From: Octopus vulgaris
Lineage: Eukaryota
Assembly (NCBI GenBank): GCA_951406725.2
Contig: OX597820.1
Coordinates: 104,098,001-104,162,000 of the forward strand
DNA: 64,000 bases
Direction: 5' to 3'
The notes under the pieces were generated by a model, which was given only the letters and a program-made list of their open reading frames with translations, searched no databases and was not told the origin of the DNA. Position numbers and translations under genes: made by a program. The stretch's first letter is position 1. Each line of letters begins with the position of its first letter. Below, in pieces: positions 1 to 14,887 of the stretch.

Positions 1-1352
1 TTTTTCACCCAAATTCTTTCTTCTTGTACATTACCGACCATTCTATTGTCACTTGTAAGAATGTCGTCTCGTATTCACATAATACAATCTCATGCTCCTC
101 CCTAACCTTCCACACATCGACGTCATGCACATGCAACCTAGAACCTTTGCATCAAATTTATTCAACCTTCTTGAACAGCAACCTCGAAAACATTCTCCCA
201 GATGTCTTCTTTAATGGGACTCCTTCAACAGTACAAATATGCAATCATTTCATTTCTGTCCAGCAAATTGTCTGTCTCACTCTTCGCAATCTTGGATATC
301 ACGCAATTATAGTCCTCAGGTTTGCTGCGAAGGTTAGACCTCACAATCGCCGATAAAAATCTCCTAGAGATTCACACATAGAAAATAATTATGCCCCAAA
401 GACTATTCTTATTCTTCTTCAGAACTACCACACCTGCATCTGATATGGTACTAATCCGACGTCCAAAAGAAACTCATCATTTGATTGGCAAATATTCACT
501 CACCAAATATTCGCTCTGAAGCTTCAATCTAGCTCACAAACGTTCTCTTCTATCATTTTGAAAATCCTTTTGATTGCATCTACAACAAACTTTGTGCTTC
601 CCAATAAAGTGAAGTTTTGGTGTTCATCCTTTGATTGGACCAATATGAGGACGCTACACCTCAACTAGACATTGAGTATTTAAGCAGAAACCACAGCAAA
701 CATTACTGGAGCAAGCTGTTCTTGCTCTTTCTTCAAACATTATTGAATCATAACAGAAATGGTATTTTTACTTGTTCTGTTCGTTTCAACGCATAAAGTA
801 TTTTTATTGCAGCAAGATGTCAAGTTGCTCTCTATCATTTCTGTCAGGTCACGTATATTCTCTTAAATTTTACCACAGCGGTATTTTTTTTCATACTACT
901 TCACATGAAATTCAAAAAGAACTTTAATGAAAGAACATGTCATTGTGTTTTTAATTAACAATGTTTTAATTGAATTCGTTTTTTACTTTTTACCAGTGTG
1001 AATTACTCTCATTTAAATCCTGTAATTACTAACATATAGAGGTAAACATGTCCTGCTCACCAAAAAAACAAAAATCCTATCACCTCCACCTGAGAATGGT
1101 GATACATCTTATAACTTTCACTGTGTCTTGCCCCACTCCGGGTTCCACACTGACCAATGTACTAAATCTTTTCGTCATGACACTACAATTCTCTGTCCAT
1201 GTTGTTTTCTGTAGATGTCAATTACGAGATGTTGAAATCAAACGTTGGCTTTTTCAATTTCATCAGTTTGAAAAGTAAGCCAGGCAGAAAACTTCAGTTG
1301 TGGTTTTTGTTTTTTGTTTGATAGTTGTTCAATTATTTTTATATGATTTCAG

Positions 1353-1510
1353 ATGAACAAGGATCACCTATTGATGAAAATCTTGTGGATGCTATTCTTC
1401 TTGGAACAAAGAGAATAGGTCATGGCTATGCCTTAGTAAAACATCCAGCACTCTTAAAATTAGTACAGAAACGAAATCTTCCGATTGAAGTTTGCCCTAT
1501 ATCCAACCAG
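1353..1510 (+). CDS. ADA2: Adenosine deaminase 2 / ADGF (CECR1-like), internal exon
   Basis: tttcag| acceptor and CAG|gtacgt donor. Encodes (D)EQGSPIDENLVDAILLGTKRIGHGYALVKHPALLKLVQKRNLPIEVCPISNQ, with the RIGHG and IEVCPISNQ motifs of ADA2/ADGF. Confidence 0.95.
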
Positions 1511-1862
1511 GTACGTAACCTGTGCTTCATTTTTTGGAGGGTGGGGGTCAGTGATACATGAATTTCATTCTCTCATTGTAAAGATAAAATGATTTTGTGG
1601 AATGTATTTTTCTAATACAAACGTCAGTATCTATAGTCTTTTCAAGGCGTCACACAGATATTGATTATGTATACGGTAGCCATGGTCATGCCCTCTTTGA
1701 CTAGCAAGAATGTAGATAGAGAAAGAGGGGGAGGGTGGGAGAGAGAGGGGGAGAAGGAGGGAAAGAGGTTGAAGGAGCGAGAGAAAGATTTGTACTATAA
1801 GTTTTTATAAATCAGAAACAGAAAAAGAAACACGTATCATTGGTAACAGGGTGGGTATATTA

Positions 1863-2204
1863 TTATTCATTTCTGCTCTAGGCACAAGGCCCGAATTTTT
1901 TTAGGTGGGGGGCAGTCGATTAGATCGACCCAGTACACATCTGGTACTTTATTTATCGACCCCGAAAGGATGAAAGGTAGAGTCGACCTCGGCGGAACTC
2001 AGAACGTAGCGGCAGACGAAATACCTATTTCTTTACTACCCACAAGGGGCTAAACACAGAGAGGACAAACAAGGACAGACAAACGGATTAAGTCGATTAT
2101 ATCGACCCCAGTGCGTAACTGGTACTTATTTCTATCGATCCCGAAAGGATGAAAGGCAAAGTCGACCTCGGCGGAATTTGAACTCGGAACATAGCGGCAG
2201 AAAG
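1863..2204 (-). mobile_element. Two adjacent SINE copies (family A)
   Basis: Repeated cgaaaggatgaaagg..gtcgacctcggcggaa core, shared with 4226-4455, 12601-12860 and 13580-13997. Confidence 0.85.
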
Positions 2205-2664
2205 TTAAGAAAGATCCTTCAATTAAACAAATTGTCAAGATTGTAGATAATTCTTCTTTGGCAAAAGGCATCCAACCCTTGTGTTACGATTGAGTTAATT
2301 AAACCGAAAATCTTAAACTTTTATCTAAAGTACCAAGCGTTACTAAAATCTGTGAAAAATAGAAAAGGCCCGGTATATATATATAAAAGTTTAAGATTTT
2401 CGGTTTAACTAATATATATATATTTAGCGTTACTAAAATCTGTGAAATATATATATATTAGTTAAACCGAAAATCTTAAACTTTTATATATATATACCGG
2501 GCCTTTTCTATTTTTCACAGATTTTAGTAACGCTTGGTACTTTAGATAAAAGTTTAAGATTTTCGGTTTAACTAACTCAATCGTAACACAAGGGTTAGAT
2601 GCTTTTGCCAAAGAAGAATTATCTACAATCTTGACAATTTGTTTAATTGAAGGATCTTTCTTAA
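2205..2664. repeat. 460-bp nested palindrome bounded by TTAA
   Basis: ~220-bp arms are near-perfect reverse complements; each arm has its own internal inverted repeat. Confidence 0.95.
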
Positions 2665-3273
2665 GTACATACTTTTCTTTTTCTCGTTGAAATAAAACAC
2701 GTCCTTGTAAGTTGGCAAAACTCTCTCGCTAAGATTACGTGGAGTACCAAATGCTGGGCATTCATTATCATAACGTGCTATTGATTTATGAGTCATCACT
2801 AAATGTATACAACACTAAATTTAACACGATCACTAATTTTAATACACTGGCCTAAAGTCAAGGTACAAAGCAGAAAACTTCACACACGTACGACTTACGT
2901 CCACGCGCAACGACCATTGCAGCAGCACTGGAGACGCGTCCACATTCCCGTTCTCTTTATAGTCAATACGGAATCTCAAGATATTAATCAATTCTATTGG
3001 AACTTAATATGCAACCTCTTGAGAATACTATATTTACTGTTTTGCATTCTACTATATAGAAATATGTATTCGTTACGACTTATAATCCATGAAATCCAAA
3101 ATTCAACCAAAAGTAGCGATTTTTAAAATTTTCTGTTGCGTTGCAGAACCTGAAAAAATATTTAACCGCAAAAGTTTTTTCTACACCGTTCTTTTAACTC
3201 TAATTCGCAACAAAATATCGATTCTTGGTTACCAATTTCGAAAGTTGTATTTTTCCTTCCACCCTAATATATA

Positions 3274-3527
3274 TATATTAATCGAAGTGTACAGTTTTAT
3301 ATATCCATTACAGACGGTCTTATCGATTGGTTTCGCACTAAGGGTTCAACGGAGTGTTAGGTAGCAGTCCAATAATGCAATCCTGCGTTTTTCAGAGTGC
3401 CTTCTCTGAAAAGCGCAAGGTTACATAATTGGACTGTTACCTAACACTCCGTTGAACCCTTAGTGCGAAACCGATCGATAAGACCGTCTGTAATGGATAT
3501 ATAATGCTATACACTTCAATTAATATA
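3274..3527. repeat. 254-bp hairpin, probable inverted Penelope-like LTR pair
   Basis: ~124-bp arms with 6-nt loop tgcctt; hammerhead-like motif at 3403-3483. Confidence 0.85.
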
Positions 3528-3588
3528 CCCGCTCAACTGACAAATATACGATTGCCTTTTTCCTGACTTACGGATTCTTAGACGGCTA

Positions 3589-3628
<40 letters not shown>

Positions 3629-3726
3629 TACGTATGTATGTATGTATGTATGTATGTATGTATGTATGTATGTATGTATGTATATGTGTACAAATTTGTG
3701 TTTATTTTATTTTGTCTTCTTGTTAG

Positions 3727-3929
3727 GTATTAGGTTTCGTGCATGATCTGAGGAACCACCCAGCGAATTATTTAATTGCAAATAATTACCCGGTGGTCAT
3801 CAGTAGTGACGACCCAGCTGTCTGGCAGGCATCTGGATTGTCTCACGACTTTTATTTAACTTTTATGGGGATGGTTTCCATGAAAGCGGATCTTCGAGTC
3901 CTAAAGCAACTTGCAATCAACTCCATCAA
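3727..3929 (+). CDS. ADA2: ADA2/ADGF exon with the SSDDP motif
   Basis: tgttag| acceptor, phase 0 matching the previous exon. Encodes [67 protein letters not shown](K). aa|gtaagt donor. Confidence 0.95.
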
Positions 3930-4225
3930 GTAAGTTTTCCGTTTATTAGTTTGTTTGCTTCTTTCTTTCTTTCTTTCTTTGTACTATGTTTATCATTTAA
4001 GGAATCATAGAAATCTTAAGAGAGTTGTTATTTTGATATGGAGAATGTAATACCCATAAATAAAGAACAGCTCTCCCTGTTTAGAACGCTAATCTTTACA
4101 AAATAAGGTTACAAAGATGAACGAAATAGCGAAAAATAAGGTTTCTCGTCCCAACACACCTGCAGCCTATATCGAACTTACTACACTTCAAGCGAATGGT
4201 TTAAATCACACAACCACTTCGAAGT

Positions 4226-4455
4226 ATATTTATTTCTTTATTGCCCACAGGGGGCTAAACATAGAGGGGACAAACAAAGACAGACAAAGGGATTAAATCG
4301 GTTACATCGTCCCCAGTGCGTAACTGGTACTTATTTAATCGATCCCGAAAGGATGACAGGCAGAGTTGACCTCGGCGGAATTTGAACTCAGAACGTAACG
4401 ACAGACGAAATACCGCTAAGCATTTCGCCCGGCGTGTTAACGATTCTGTCAGCTC
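4226..4455 (-). mobile_element. Full-length tRNA-derived SINE (family A)
   Basis: Minus strand has an A-box-like head, B box gagttcaaattcc and tail caataaagaaat; flanked by ccactt(c/t)gaagtatatt duplicates. Confidence 0.85.
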
Positions 4456-4589
4456 CCCACACTGCCACTTTGAAGTATATTACGACTGCTCAAATAATTT
4501 TCAGAATTAAAAATTTAAACTGAGATCTGCGTGCTGATTTCTAAACTCTATAGACGCAGAGCTAGAAGTACAAAACACAGAATAGAACG

Positions 4590-5490
4590 CAAAATGAACA
4601 GTAAAAGTGTCGTAAGGAGGAAAGTGTGCATAGGCACGTCGTGTTGGTGAATTTCAGGAAGCATGGAAGTTTTCATGGTGTGGTGAGGATAACTTTCATG
4701 CAGTGGGTTCCCAGATTGCGAATTGGGAAATGGCTTGTAGATACACAGGTTAGCTGTGAATACTCAATAAGCCTTACCAAAAGGCAACAAGATCATAGGT
4801 TGCCCTTTGGTAAGGTATAGCACTCGCAAGCAACCCTATCACTGGAATATACGATTGTAGTAGGGAATGGAATGCAAGAGACAAAATACTTTGTCTTTGG
4901 ATTTCTTCCCACTTTGCAGAACAAATTACTTGGTCTGGGAAACCCGTCAGTTTGACTGGCACTGCAATCGTCTATAGGATCTGTGACCATAGAGAGAAAT
5001 TAGCAATCGAAAGACAAGTTTGACCATATTATGGTGGGGGAACTTTCGAAGGATGCAATGTTCTGACAGCTAACAACCAACGTAACCAGTTTATTCAGCT
5101 GCTAGACGCTTTAGCGTGTCGATGCTCAGAGAAACAATACATTCAAGATGTGGTGACTGACAGAAGGTATTCGTCTGGTTGCAAGTCTCTGGATAGCTTC
5201 CAGTAGATCAATATTCTGGACAAGATGGGAATTCCAGACAATACTTGAGGTAATGAGAACAGAAAGAAATTTTTTGACAACCATCGGGAAGAGAAAGCTT
5301 CAGTATTTTGGGCATGTTTTCAGAGCCCAGAACTTCAGTACACACGTGTTGGAGTGAATAGGAAATAAGGAGAGGAGAAAGCACTGATTGGATGACATCA
5401 AAAAATGAGCCTCTGTTTGAATGCATAATTATGGCCAGTGGTAGGAAGTGTTGGAGAGAGACGCATAGACATAGCAGAAGAGGAAACTAC
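4590..5490. mobile_element. Degenerate LINE 3' fragments (minus strand 4590-5200; RTE-like plus strand 5240-5490)
   Basis: Plus-strand KLQYFGHV ... WMT remnants typical of the RTE C-terminus; heavily decayed. Confidence 0.45.
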
Positions 5491-5949
5491 TGATTTCTTT
5501 TTGATGAAAGGATAAAAAATTCTATAGTTTCAGCGGATGAAAAGTGTTGTGGTGTTCAGATCAACACTAACGATGATTTCAAAAATTCCAAAATGGCTGC
5601 TGATACCCTATCATGAAAGTATTTACAAATCGCAACTGTTTGAACCACGTGATAACATTTACGCAGTTATATGTCAGAAGTGATAAGCTGTAACGGAGGG
5701 GGAGAGCAAAGCAATATGCAATTATATCCATCAAAACGAATACATTTATTTGGCTTAGTTCCAAAAATAGTACTTTTGTGTATTTGTTAGAATCTATTTA
5801 ATTATTTGTGAGGAAGTAATATGCATAATTTCCTTTTTACCGTTGCTATTTTATGACACTGGTTCGTTTCCATTAAAAATATATTCGTGAAGTAAATGCA
5901 GTTGAAACATTTTGGTTATTTGTATGTGAGTGTTTGTGTACTCCTACAT

Positions 5950-6106
5950 TACACATACACACACACACACACACACACATTCGCATGCACATATGTATGC
6001 ATATTCTTATACATAGACATATATACATATATGAATGCATGCATATCCGCACTGACACATATATATTATATATACATACACAAACACAATGTAGGTGGAG
6101 AACTAA

Positions 6107-6161
<55 letters not shown>

Positions 6162-6530
6162 CATACATACATACATACATACATACATACATACATGCAT
6201 ACATATGTATGCGAGTGTGTAAATATAAATATATAGATAGATGTACACACATACACACACACATAGGGAGAGGGAGGGTGAGAGATGTAGGGAGAGAGAA
6301 AAACAGAAGGAAAGTAAATAAGGAAAGAGAGAAAAGGGAAAATATGAACGAAAAAATGAAAAATATGGGAGAGTAAGACAGGGAGAGCAAGGAGAGAGAA
6401 GGAAATAGTGCAAAAAAGAGAAAGGGGTAGGCAAAGGAGAGGCGATACAGGTAGAAAAGTGTAAGGAGCATATATTTAGCTAATTGTAGCAGTGTCTATG
6501 TAATACACACACACACACACACACACACAC

Positions 6531-6583
<53 letters not shown>

Positions 6584-6680
6584 TACGGACGCATATATCT
6601 ATATACAGGCATATATGTACGTGTACATGTGTGTATGTGTGCGTCTGTGTGTGTTTGTACAGATGGATAGATAGACAGAC

Positions 6681-6743
<63 letters not shown>

Positions 6744-6762
6744 CAGACAGATATAGATATAC

Positions 6763-6819
<57 letters not shown>

Positions 6820-6910
6820 CGCATATATCTATATACAGGCATATATGTACGTGTACATGTGTGTATGTGTGCGTCTGTGTGTGTTTGTACAGATGGATAG
6901 ATAGACAGAC

Positions 6911-6975
<65 letters not shown>

Positions 6976-6978
6976 GAT
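5950..6978. repeat. Compound microsatellites (CA)n, (GATA)n, (CATA)n, (TA)n with a ~130-bp local duplication
   Basis: gacgcatatatctatatacaggc...gatagacagacagata occurs at ~6588 and ~6818. Confidence 0.95.
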
Positions 6979-9021
<2,043 letters not shown>

Positions 9022-9516
9022 GAATAACAAAACATTTGGCATTATGCGAAAAACATTAAATCTAAACAGTCATAAACAGAGACGTTATAATAAAAAGATA
9101 AAGTCTATTACTGCTCTTTCTAGCTTAGCCAAGCATGTGGATCATGATATTGAGTAAGGATTCCATAAGCTAAGCATACTATCATCGGAGAGAGAAAAGT
9201 TGGAGAATATAAAAATGAAGTAGATCCCCAATCGAAGATATTAGTACGAATACCTCCGATTGGGGATTTTTTTTATTTCTACATTTACCGACTTTATTTT
9301 TAAAACAATGTCTGGAAGAAGGCACAATGTAAGTGCGCACCTCTGATGCATGTCTGATCAAGTGCCGCTCTAATCACTAAAATTGCAAACTTTACGTAAA
9401 TTTTCACTTCAAATTTTTGCGTAAACTGCGCCGTTGCAAGCAGACTTGGTACAAAAACAACTGTAACGTATCATTAAAATTGTGTTAAAGAATTTCTTTG
9501 ACTTCTTATTATTTGG

Positions 9517-9630
<114 letters not shown>

Positions 9631-9649
9631 TACATATACATAAATATTT

Positions 9650-9811
9650 CTCTCCTTTTTTTTTCTCTCCTTGTTTCTTTCTGTGTTCCTTTCTGTAGAA
9701 GAGCGTAGGCTCGAAACGTAAAATACTTTTTCAGTTCCTGAGCGTTATACTAATACATCTGTCTGTTTTCTACACCACCTGTTTTCGTCTTTTTTTTTCG
9801 TGAATTCTCCC
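9650..9811 (+). repeat. Dispersed repeat (second copy 52615-52795), Penelope-LTR-like
   Basis: ctttctgtagaagagcgtaggctcgaaacgtaaaa ... cctgagcgttatactaatacatctg present in both copies. Confidence 0.7.
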
Positions 9812-9899
9812 TATATATATATATACATGCAAACATACATAAATACATATACACACACATATACATATACATACATACATACATACATACATACATACA

Positions 9900-9993
<94 letters not shown>

Positions 9994-10521
9994 GAGAGAA
10001 AGAGAGAGATTGATAACCAGTGCATTTACAATGTGTTACACTATATCTGGCATCTATGTGTGTGTGTGTACTACATGCACACAATATTTACATATTTCTT
10101 AATCTACACACTTCCTGCTTTTCCTTTTTCTTATTCATCTACCAAGCTGAATATTTATTATTTATTTATTTTATTTTATTTTATTTTTCACTCATTTGTC
10201 AATTCATTTTTAGCTTATTTCATTTTAACTGTTTTATGCATATATGTATATGCATGTAAGCGTGTATGTATGTATTTATGTATGTATGTATGTATGTATG
10301 TATGTATGTATGTATGTATGTGTGTGAGTATGTGTGTATGTATGTATGTATGTATGTATGTATGTATGTATGTATGTACGTATGTGTCTGTATGTGTATA
10401 TGCGTGCAAGAATGGATGTGTGTGCATGTGTGCATGTACGTATGTATATATGTGTGTATGTATGTATGTATTTATGTATGTATGTATGTATGTATGTATG
10501 TATGTATGTATGTATGTATGT

Positions 10522-10852
10522 ATTGGACTCATGAGTCATCTTCATAGTCATAAAGCGAGACAGATGAGTGACAACCTGGCCACTGGTGGTGGTGCTACAC
10601 ACCATACTAATCATATCTGTCGGGCATGTGGAAGAGAGTGTAATTCGGCAGGAGGACTTAAACGACATGCAAAAGTACATGAAGCCCAGTTACAACTACA
10701 GTCGGCTATTACCAGTAAAAGTTTTTTGTTGCCAATTTTGTACAAGACATTGTAGATCTTTAGCTGGGCTAAAAAGTCACATTCGATCACAGCACCAATA
10801 ACAGTTAAGCTTCGTGCAATGGCCATACTCGATAACGAGGGGGCAGCCATAA
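10522..10852 (+). mobile_element. 3' end of an RTE-type LINE with tandem C2H2-like fingers
   Basis: IGLMSHLHSH, CRACGRECNSAGGLKRHAKVH, then a frameshift and CQFCTRHCRSLAGLKSHIRSQH*. Short 3' UTR ctcgataacgagggggcagcc followed by (ATGT)n, embedded in (TATG)n. Confidence 0.7.
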
Positions 10853-10942
10853 TGTATGTATGTATGTATGTATGTATGTATGTATGTATGTATGTATGTA
10901 TGTATGTATGTATGTATGTATGTACGCTAACTGCGTATCATT

Positions 10943-11582
10943 ATGGAAGATGAAGACGTTTTTGTTCGGCCTGACGATGAAGGGCCTGTTGAGTCTGCAA
11001 CAGCTGTGGGATAGACAGAGGACGCTTAGGTTGAGAGCCAAGAGTCTCAGAACCTGTGGCCCCCACCTGGAGGACTACTTTGTCCTTACATTAAAGGATA
11101 TGAAGAACTCCAAAATCCTGTACTTCCGGTTCGTCATGTGTTGTTAGCCCAAGGATTCCACCATCAAGTGATAAAGTTTGAGCCTCTACAACTTGAAGTC
11201 GCATATCAAGAGGAAACATCCAGCGCATGCCATTCAGTTTGAAGGGAGGATCAAGGCCGGCTCTTCTCGTGGGAAACACAGGCAATCTTCTAGTAGTAGT
11301 GCCAGTGGCCATTCGTCGCAGCGATGTGCAAAGAAAGCTCGCCAGCCAAGCATTCGTTAGGCGTTTGCCTAAAGCGCTGGCACTGGCGTCCGTCGGTCAA
11401 TGTTGGACAGAAGGATTGTAGACCTGTTTGTCGACAACAGGTTACCGCTGCATGTAGTGGAGTAACCCGCCTTCGTCGACCTGATCAAGACGTTGAACCC
11501 CAGCAAGACGTCGATGTCCCGCCGCACCTTGGGCAGGATGATCTTGGCTAGCCATAAACAGCTGGAGGAGTATCTTAAAAGG
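10943..11582 (+). pseudogene. Degenerate hAT (Tol2-like) transposase N-terminal fragment with BED-type finger
   Basis: NLWPHLEDYFVL...FVMC*PKDSTIK**SLSLYNLKSHIKRKHP resembles the Tol2 PWPYLREFF...SNLRKHIERMH region; multiple stops. Confidence 0.7.
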
Positions 11583-12600
11583 TATTTATAAATTAACATT
11601 ATACAGGTTTATTAGATTATTAATAAGGCGTACTTCATATTTCTTAATTTAATTTAATTATTTAATTATTTATTAAATAAATATTTTTTTCAAAAATTTA
11701 TGTAATAAAATGTATAATAGCGAACTGAAATAAATGTCATAATACATAATATCCGGTGTATATATATATTCCACTCATGATTGAGTCTGCAGAGTCAAAA
11801 CCGCAGTCTCTAATGAAATAACAAATAAACGAACTTTTAGTTCTGAACTTATTAGAATTCCGACCTTCATTTCATCCCCCATCTCGGTTATTCATCCGCC
11901 CCGCAACCCGTCATCTATCAAAAGTTTATTAACAAAGCTTTAAATTATAAGCAATATTTCCATACGGTTATAAGATACTGCTATCAAATGTCCTATCTAC
12001 TTTCTACCCGCGAAAAATTGTACAAAGCACGTGCTCACAAAAACCATAGCAGTTTGTGTGGAGATGCAGATGAGAAGCTAGATTTCTCTTTTTTTTTTTT
12101 TTAATAGGCCTTGATTAAACTCTGCGCCAATTATATATCATTCAACCACGGTGGTGGTTGAATATATTCTTAAGTCCACCATTTCGTCAATCGCAGCAGC
12201 TTCCAAGCTTCACCACTAATTCAGTTCTCGACTAAATTGCAAACTGTTAATAGTTTTAAAGAGGTCACCTCCTCAGCATAAATAGTTTGAGATTTGGTTT
12301 AGTAGAAAAAAAGTTACATCAAAATGTCAAACCTCAAGTAGGCAGTAAGGCAGATATTCATCTTCAATTAATATTATTTTTTTTTAATTTTAAATTAAAA
12401 GTGTATTTTTCTTAGGCTCAAATGATAGAAAATGCATGAGAAATTCAGAATCATTAGTCGCATTGAACAAAAATCAGTAGAAAAACAGTTATGAGGTAAA
12501 ATGTTACGAAATTTAATGTCAGTAAGTAAGGAAGTAAGAAGTAACGCTAAGGCAATAAGAATAAAGAATATATTTCTAAAATGAATGTTTTCATTCGAAG

Positions 12601-13200
12601 ACGGTGAGCTAGCAGAAACGTTAGCGCACCGGGCGAAATGCTTAGAGGTATTCGTCTGCCGCTACGTTCTGAGTTCAAATTCCGCCGAGGTCGACTGTAC
12701 CTTTCATCCTTAAATTAAGTACCAGTTACGCACTGGGGTCGATGTAATCGACTTAATCGGATTGTTTGTCCTCTCTGTGTTTAGCCCCTTGTATGTAGTA
12801 AAGAAATAGGTATTTTGTCTGTCATTATGCTTTGAGTTCAAAATCGCCGAGGTCGAATTTGATGAACAGATTATTCAATTATTTTTTTTCTTTTTAACTA
12901 AACACTTGAAAAATTCAGATACTGGTAGAATTTGTCACATAGAACAGGGTTTATTCTTAATGTTTTTGGCAAAATTTTGTATTTTAGAAGCGGTATTTCG
13001 TCTGTCTTTACGTTCTGAGTTCAAATTCTGTTGAGGTCGACTTTGCCTTTCATCCATTTCGGATCTATTCAATTAGACGTACAGATTATTTAATTAATTT
13101 TTTTAACTAAACACTTTCAAACTTCCGATACTGGTAGAATGTTTCATATAGAACAGGGTTTACCCTTAACGTTTTTGACAAAATTTTGTATTTTAGAAGT
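12601..13200 (+). mobile_element. SINE family A copy followed by a ~210-bp tandem duplication of SINE and MITE fragments
   Basis: 12601-12810 is a full SINE; 12810-12990 is similar to 12992-13200. Confidence 0.75.
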
Positions 13201-13579
13201 TATTTCGTCAGAAGTTACGGAGTGACAATGGACTAATTCGTGTTTGATAAGTGTCAATACACGAAACTTATGCGGTCACTTAGTAACTCGCAAGACACGG
13301 CACCTCAAATGAGTGGGGCTCTAGTATTAAAGCAGGTGGCTTTGTGTCCGACGTTGAGAGGTAAAGGATAATAGAGGATCATGAACAGTTGTCTTGCTGG
13401 AGAAGAGAAAGATGGCTACTCCAGCAGCAAAGAGAGAAAGGAGGGCAGAGATAAGGTGATAGGGCGTCAGTGTGTACTCTTAAGGTACAAGAAGGTAAGT
13501 ATGAGAGTGAATACGAATAGAGGGTAAAAGGGGGATGACAGATGGTCAGATTGCAAATGTTATACAGCCAACGAATATA

Positions 13580-13997
13580 TATATTTCTTTACTACCCACA
13601 AGGGGCTAAACACAGAGGGGACAAACAAGAACAGACAACGGGATTAAGTCGACTACATCGACCCCAGTGCGTAACTGGTACTTAATTTATCGACCCCGAA
13701 AGGATGAAAGGCAAAGTTGACCTCGGCGGAATTTGAACTCGGAACGTAATAGCCAACGAATATATATATTTCTTTACTACCCACAAGGGGCTAAACACAG
13801 AGGGGACAAACAAGGACAGACAAAGGGATTAAGTCGACTACATCGACCCCAGTGCGTAACTGGTACTTAATTTATCGACCCCGAAAGGATGAAAGGCAAA
13901 GTTGACCTCGGCGGAATTTGAACTCGGAACGTAACGACAGACGAAATACGGCTACGAATTTCGCCCGGCGTGCTAACGTTTCTACCAGCTCGCCGTT
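13580..13997 (-). mobile_element. Tandem SINE family A pair
   Basis: Two near-identical ~170-bp bodies separated and flanked by agccaacgaatatata. Confidence 0.9.
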
Positions 13998-14657
13998 TCT
14001 ACAGCCAACGAATATATAGGTGCAGTCGTAGCTTTGTAGTAAAACTTTTACTTCCTAATCCCAAGGTTCCGGGTTCAGTCCCTCTGCATGGCACCTTGCG
14101 CAAGTGTCTTCTACTATAGTCTCGGGCCAATTAAACCCTTGTGAGTGGATTTGGAAGATTAACCAACATGTTCACTTTAAAGAAATCAATATATTATAAT
14201 CAATATATCACTATCAATATATTATATTAAAGTCGATGTAAGAGGTGCGGTTGTGTGGTTAAGAAGCCTGCTTTGCAATCGCGTGGTTTTGGGTTCAGTC
14301 CCACTGCGCGACGCTTTGGCAAAGTACCTTCTATTATAGACGGAAAGTGCATGGAAGTTCATCGTATCGTGTGTGCATGTATATGTGGGGTGCGTGTGCA
14401 TGCGTGCGTGTTATGTGTGTGTGTGTGCGTGTGTATGCATGTATGTATGTTTATGTATATTTGTGTTTGTCCCGCATCACCGCTTGACAATCGATGTCGG
14501 TTTGTTTATGTCTCCGTAACCTAGCCGTTCGGCAAAAGAGTAGAATAAATACGAGTCTTTAAAAATAAATACTGGGGTTGATTTGTTCAAGGAAAACTGT
14601 TCAAAGAGGTACCCCCAGCAGGGCCTCATTAATGCTATTATACTTGGGTCTTTTTAG

Positions 14658-14811
14658 ATTTAGTTCCCTTCCAGCTGCTGAACGAGAAATAGCTCTGGAG
14701 GACTGGAAACAGCGATGGAACAATTTCATCACTCTGGCTATCTATTACCTGGACGAGAGTAAAAGACGAGGTCCGGTCACGGAAGAAAGTTTTCTCGACC
14801 ATGTGAATCAG
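14658..14811 (+). CDS. ADA2: ADA2/ADGF C-terminal helix exon
   Basis: tttttag| acceptor, phase 2 completes the Lys codon. Encodes FSSLPAAEREIALEDWKQRWNNFITLAIYYLDESKRRGPVTEESFLDHVNQ, with the WKxRWxxFI end motif of ADA2. Putative CAG|gtattc donor. Confidence 0.88.
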
Positions 14812-14834
14812 GTATTCTATATGAATGCTTTAAA

Positions 14835-14836
14835 TA

Positions 14837-14887
<51 letters not shown>

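Noticed and set aside
1-900. 110-aa ORF and CCAAT/TATA-like motifs
   Set aside because: No recognisable domain; lies within an ADA2 intron and cannot be classified.
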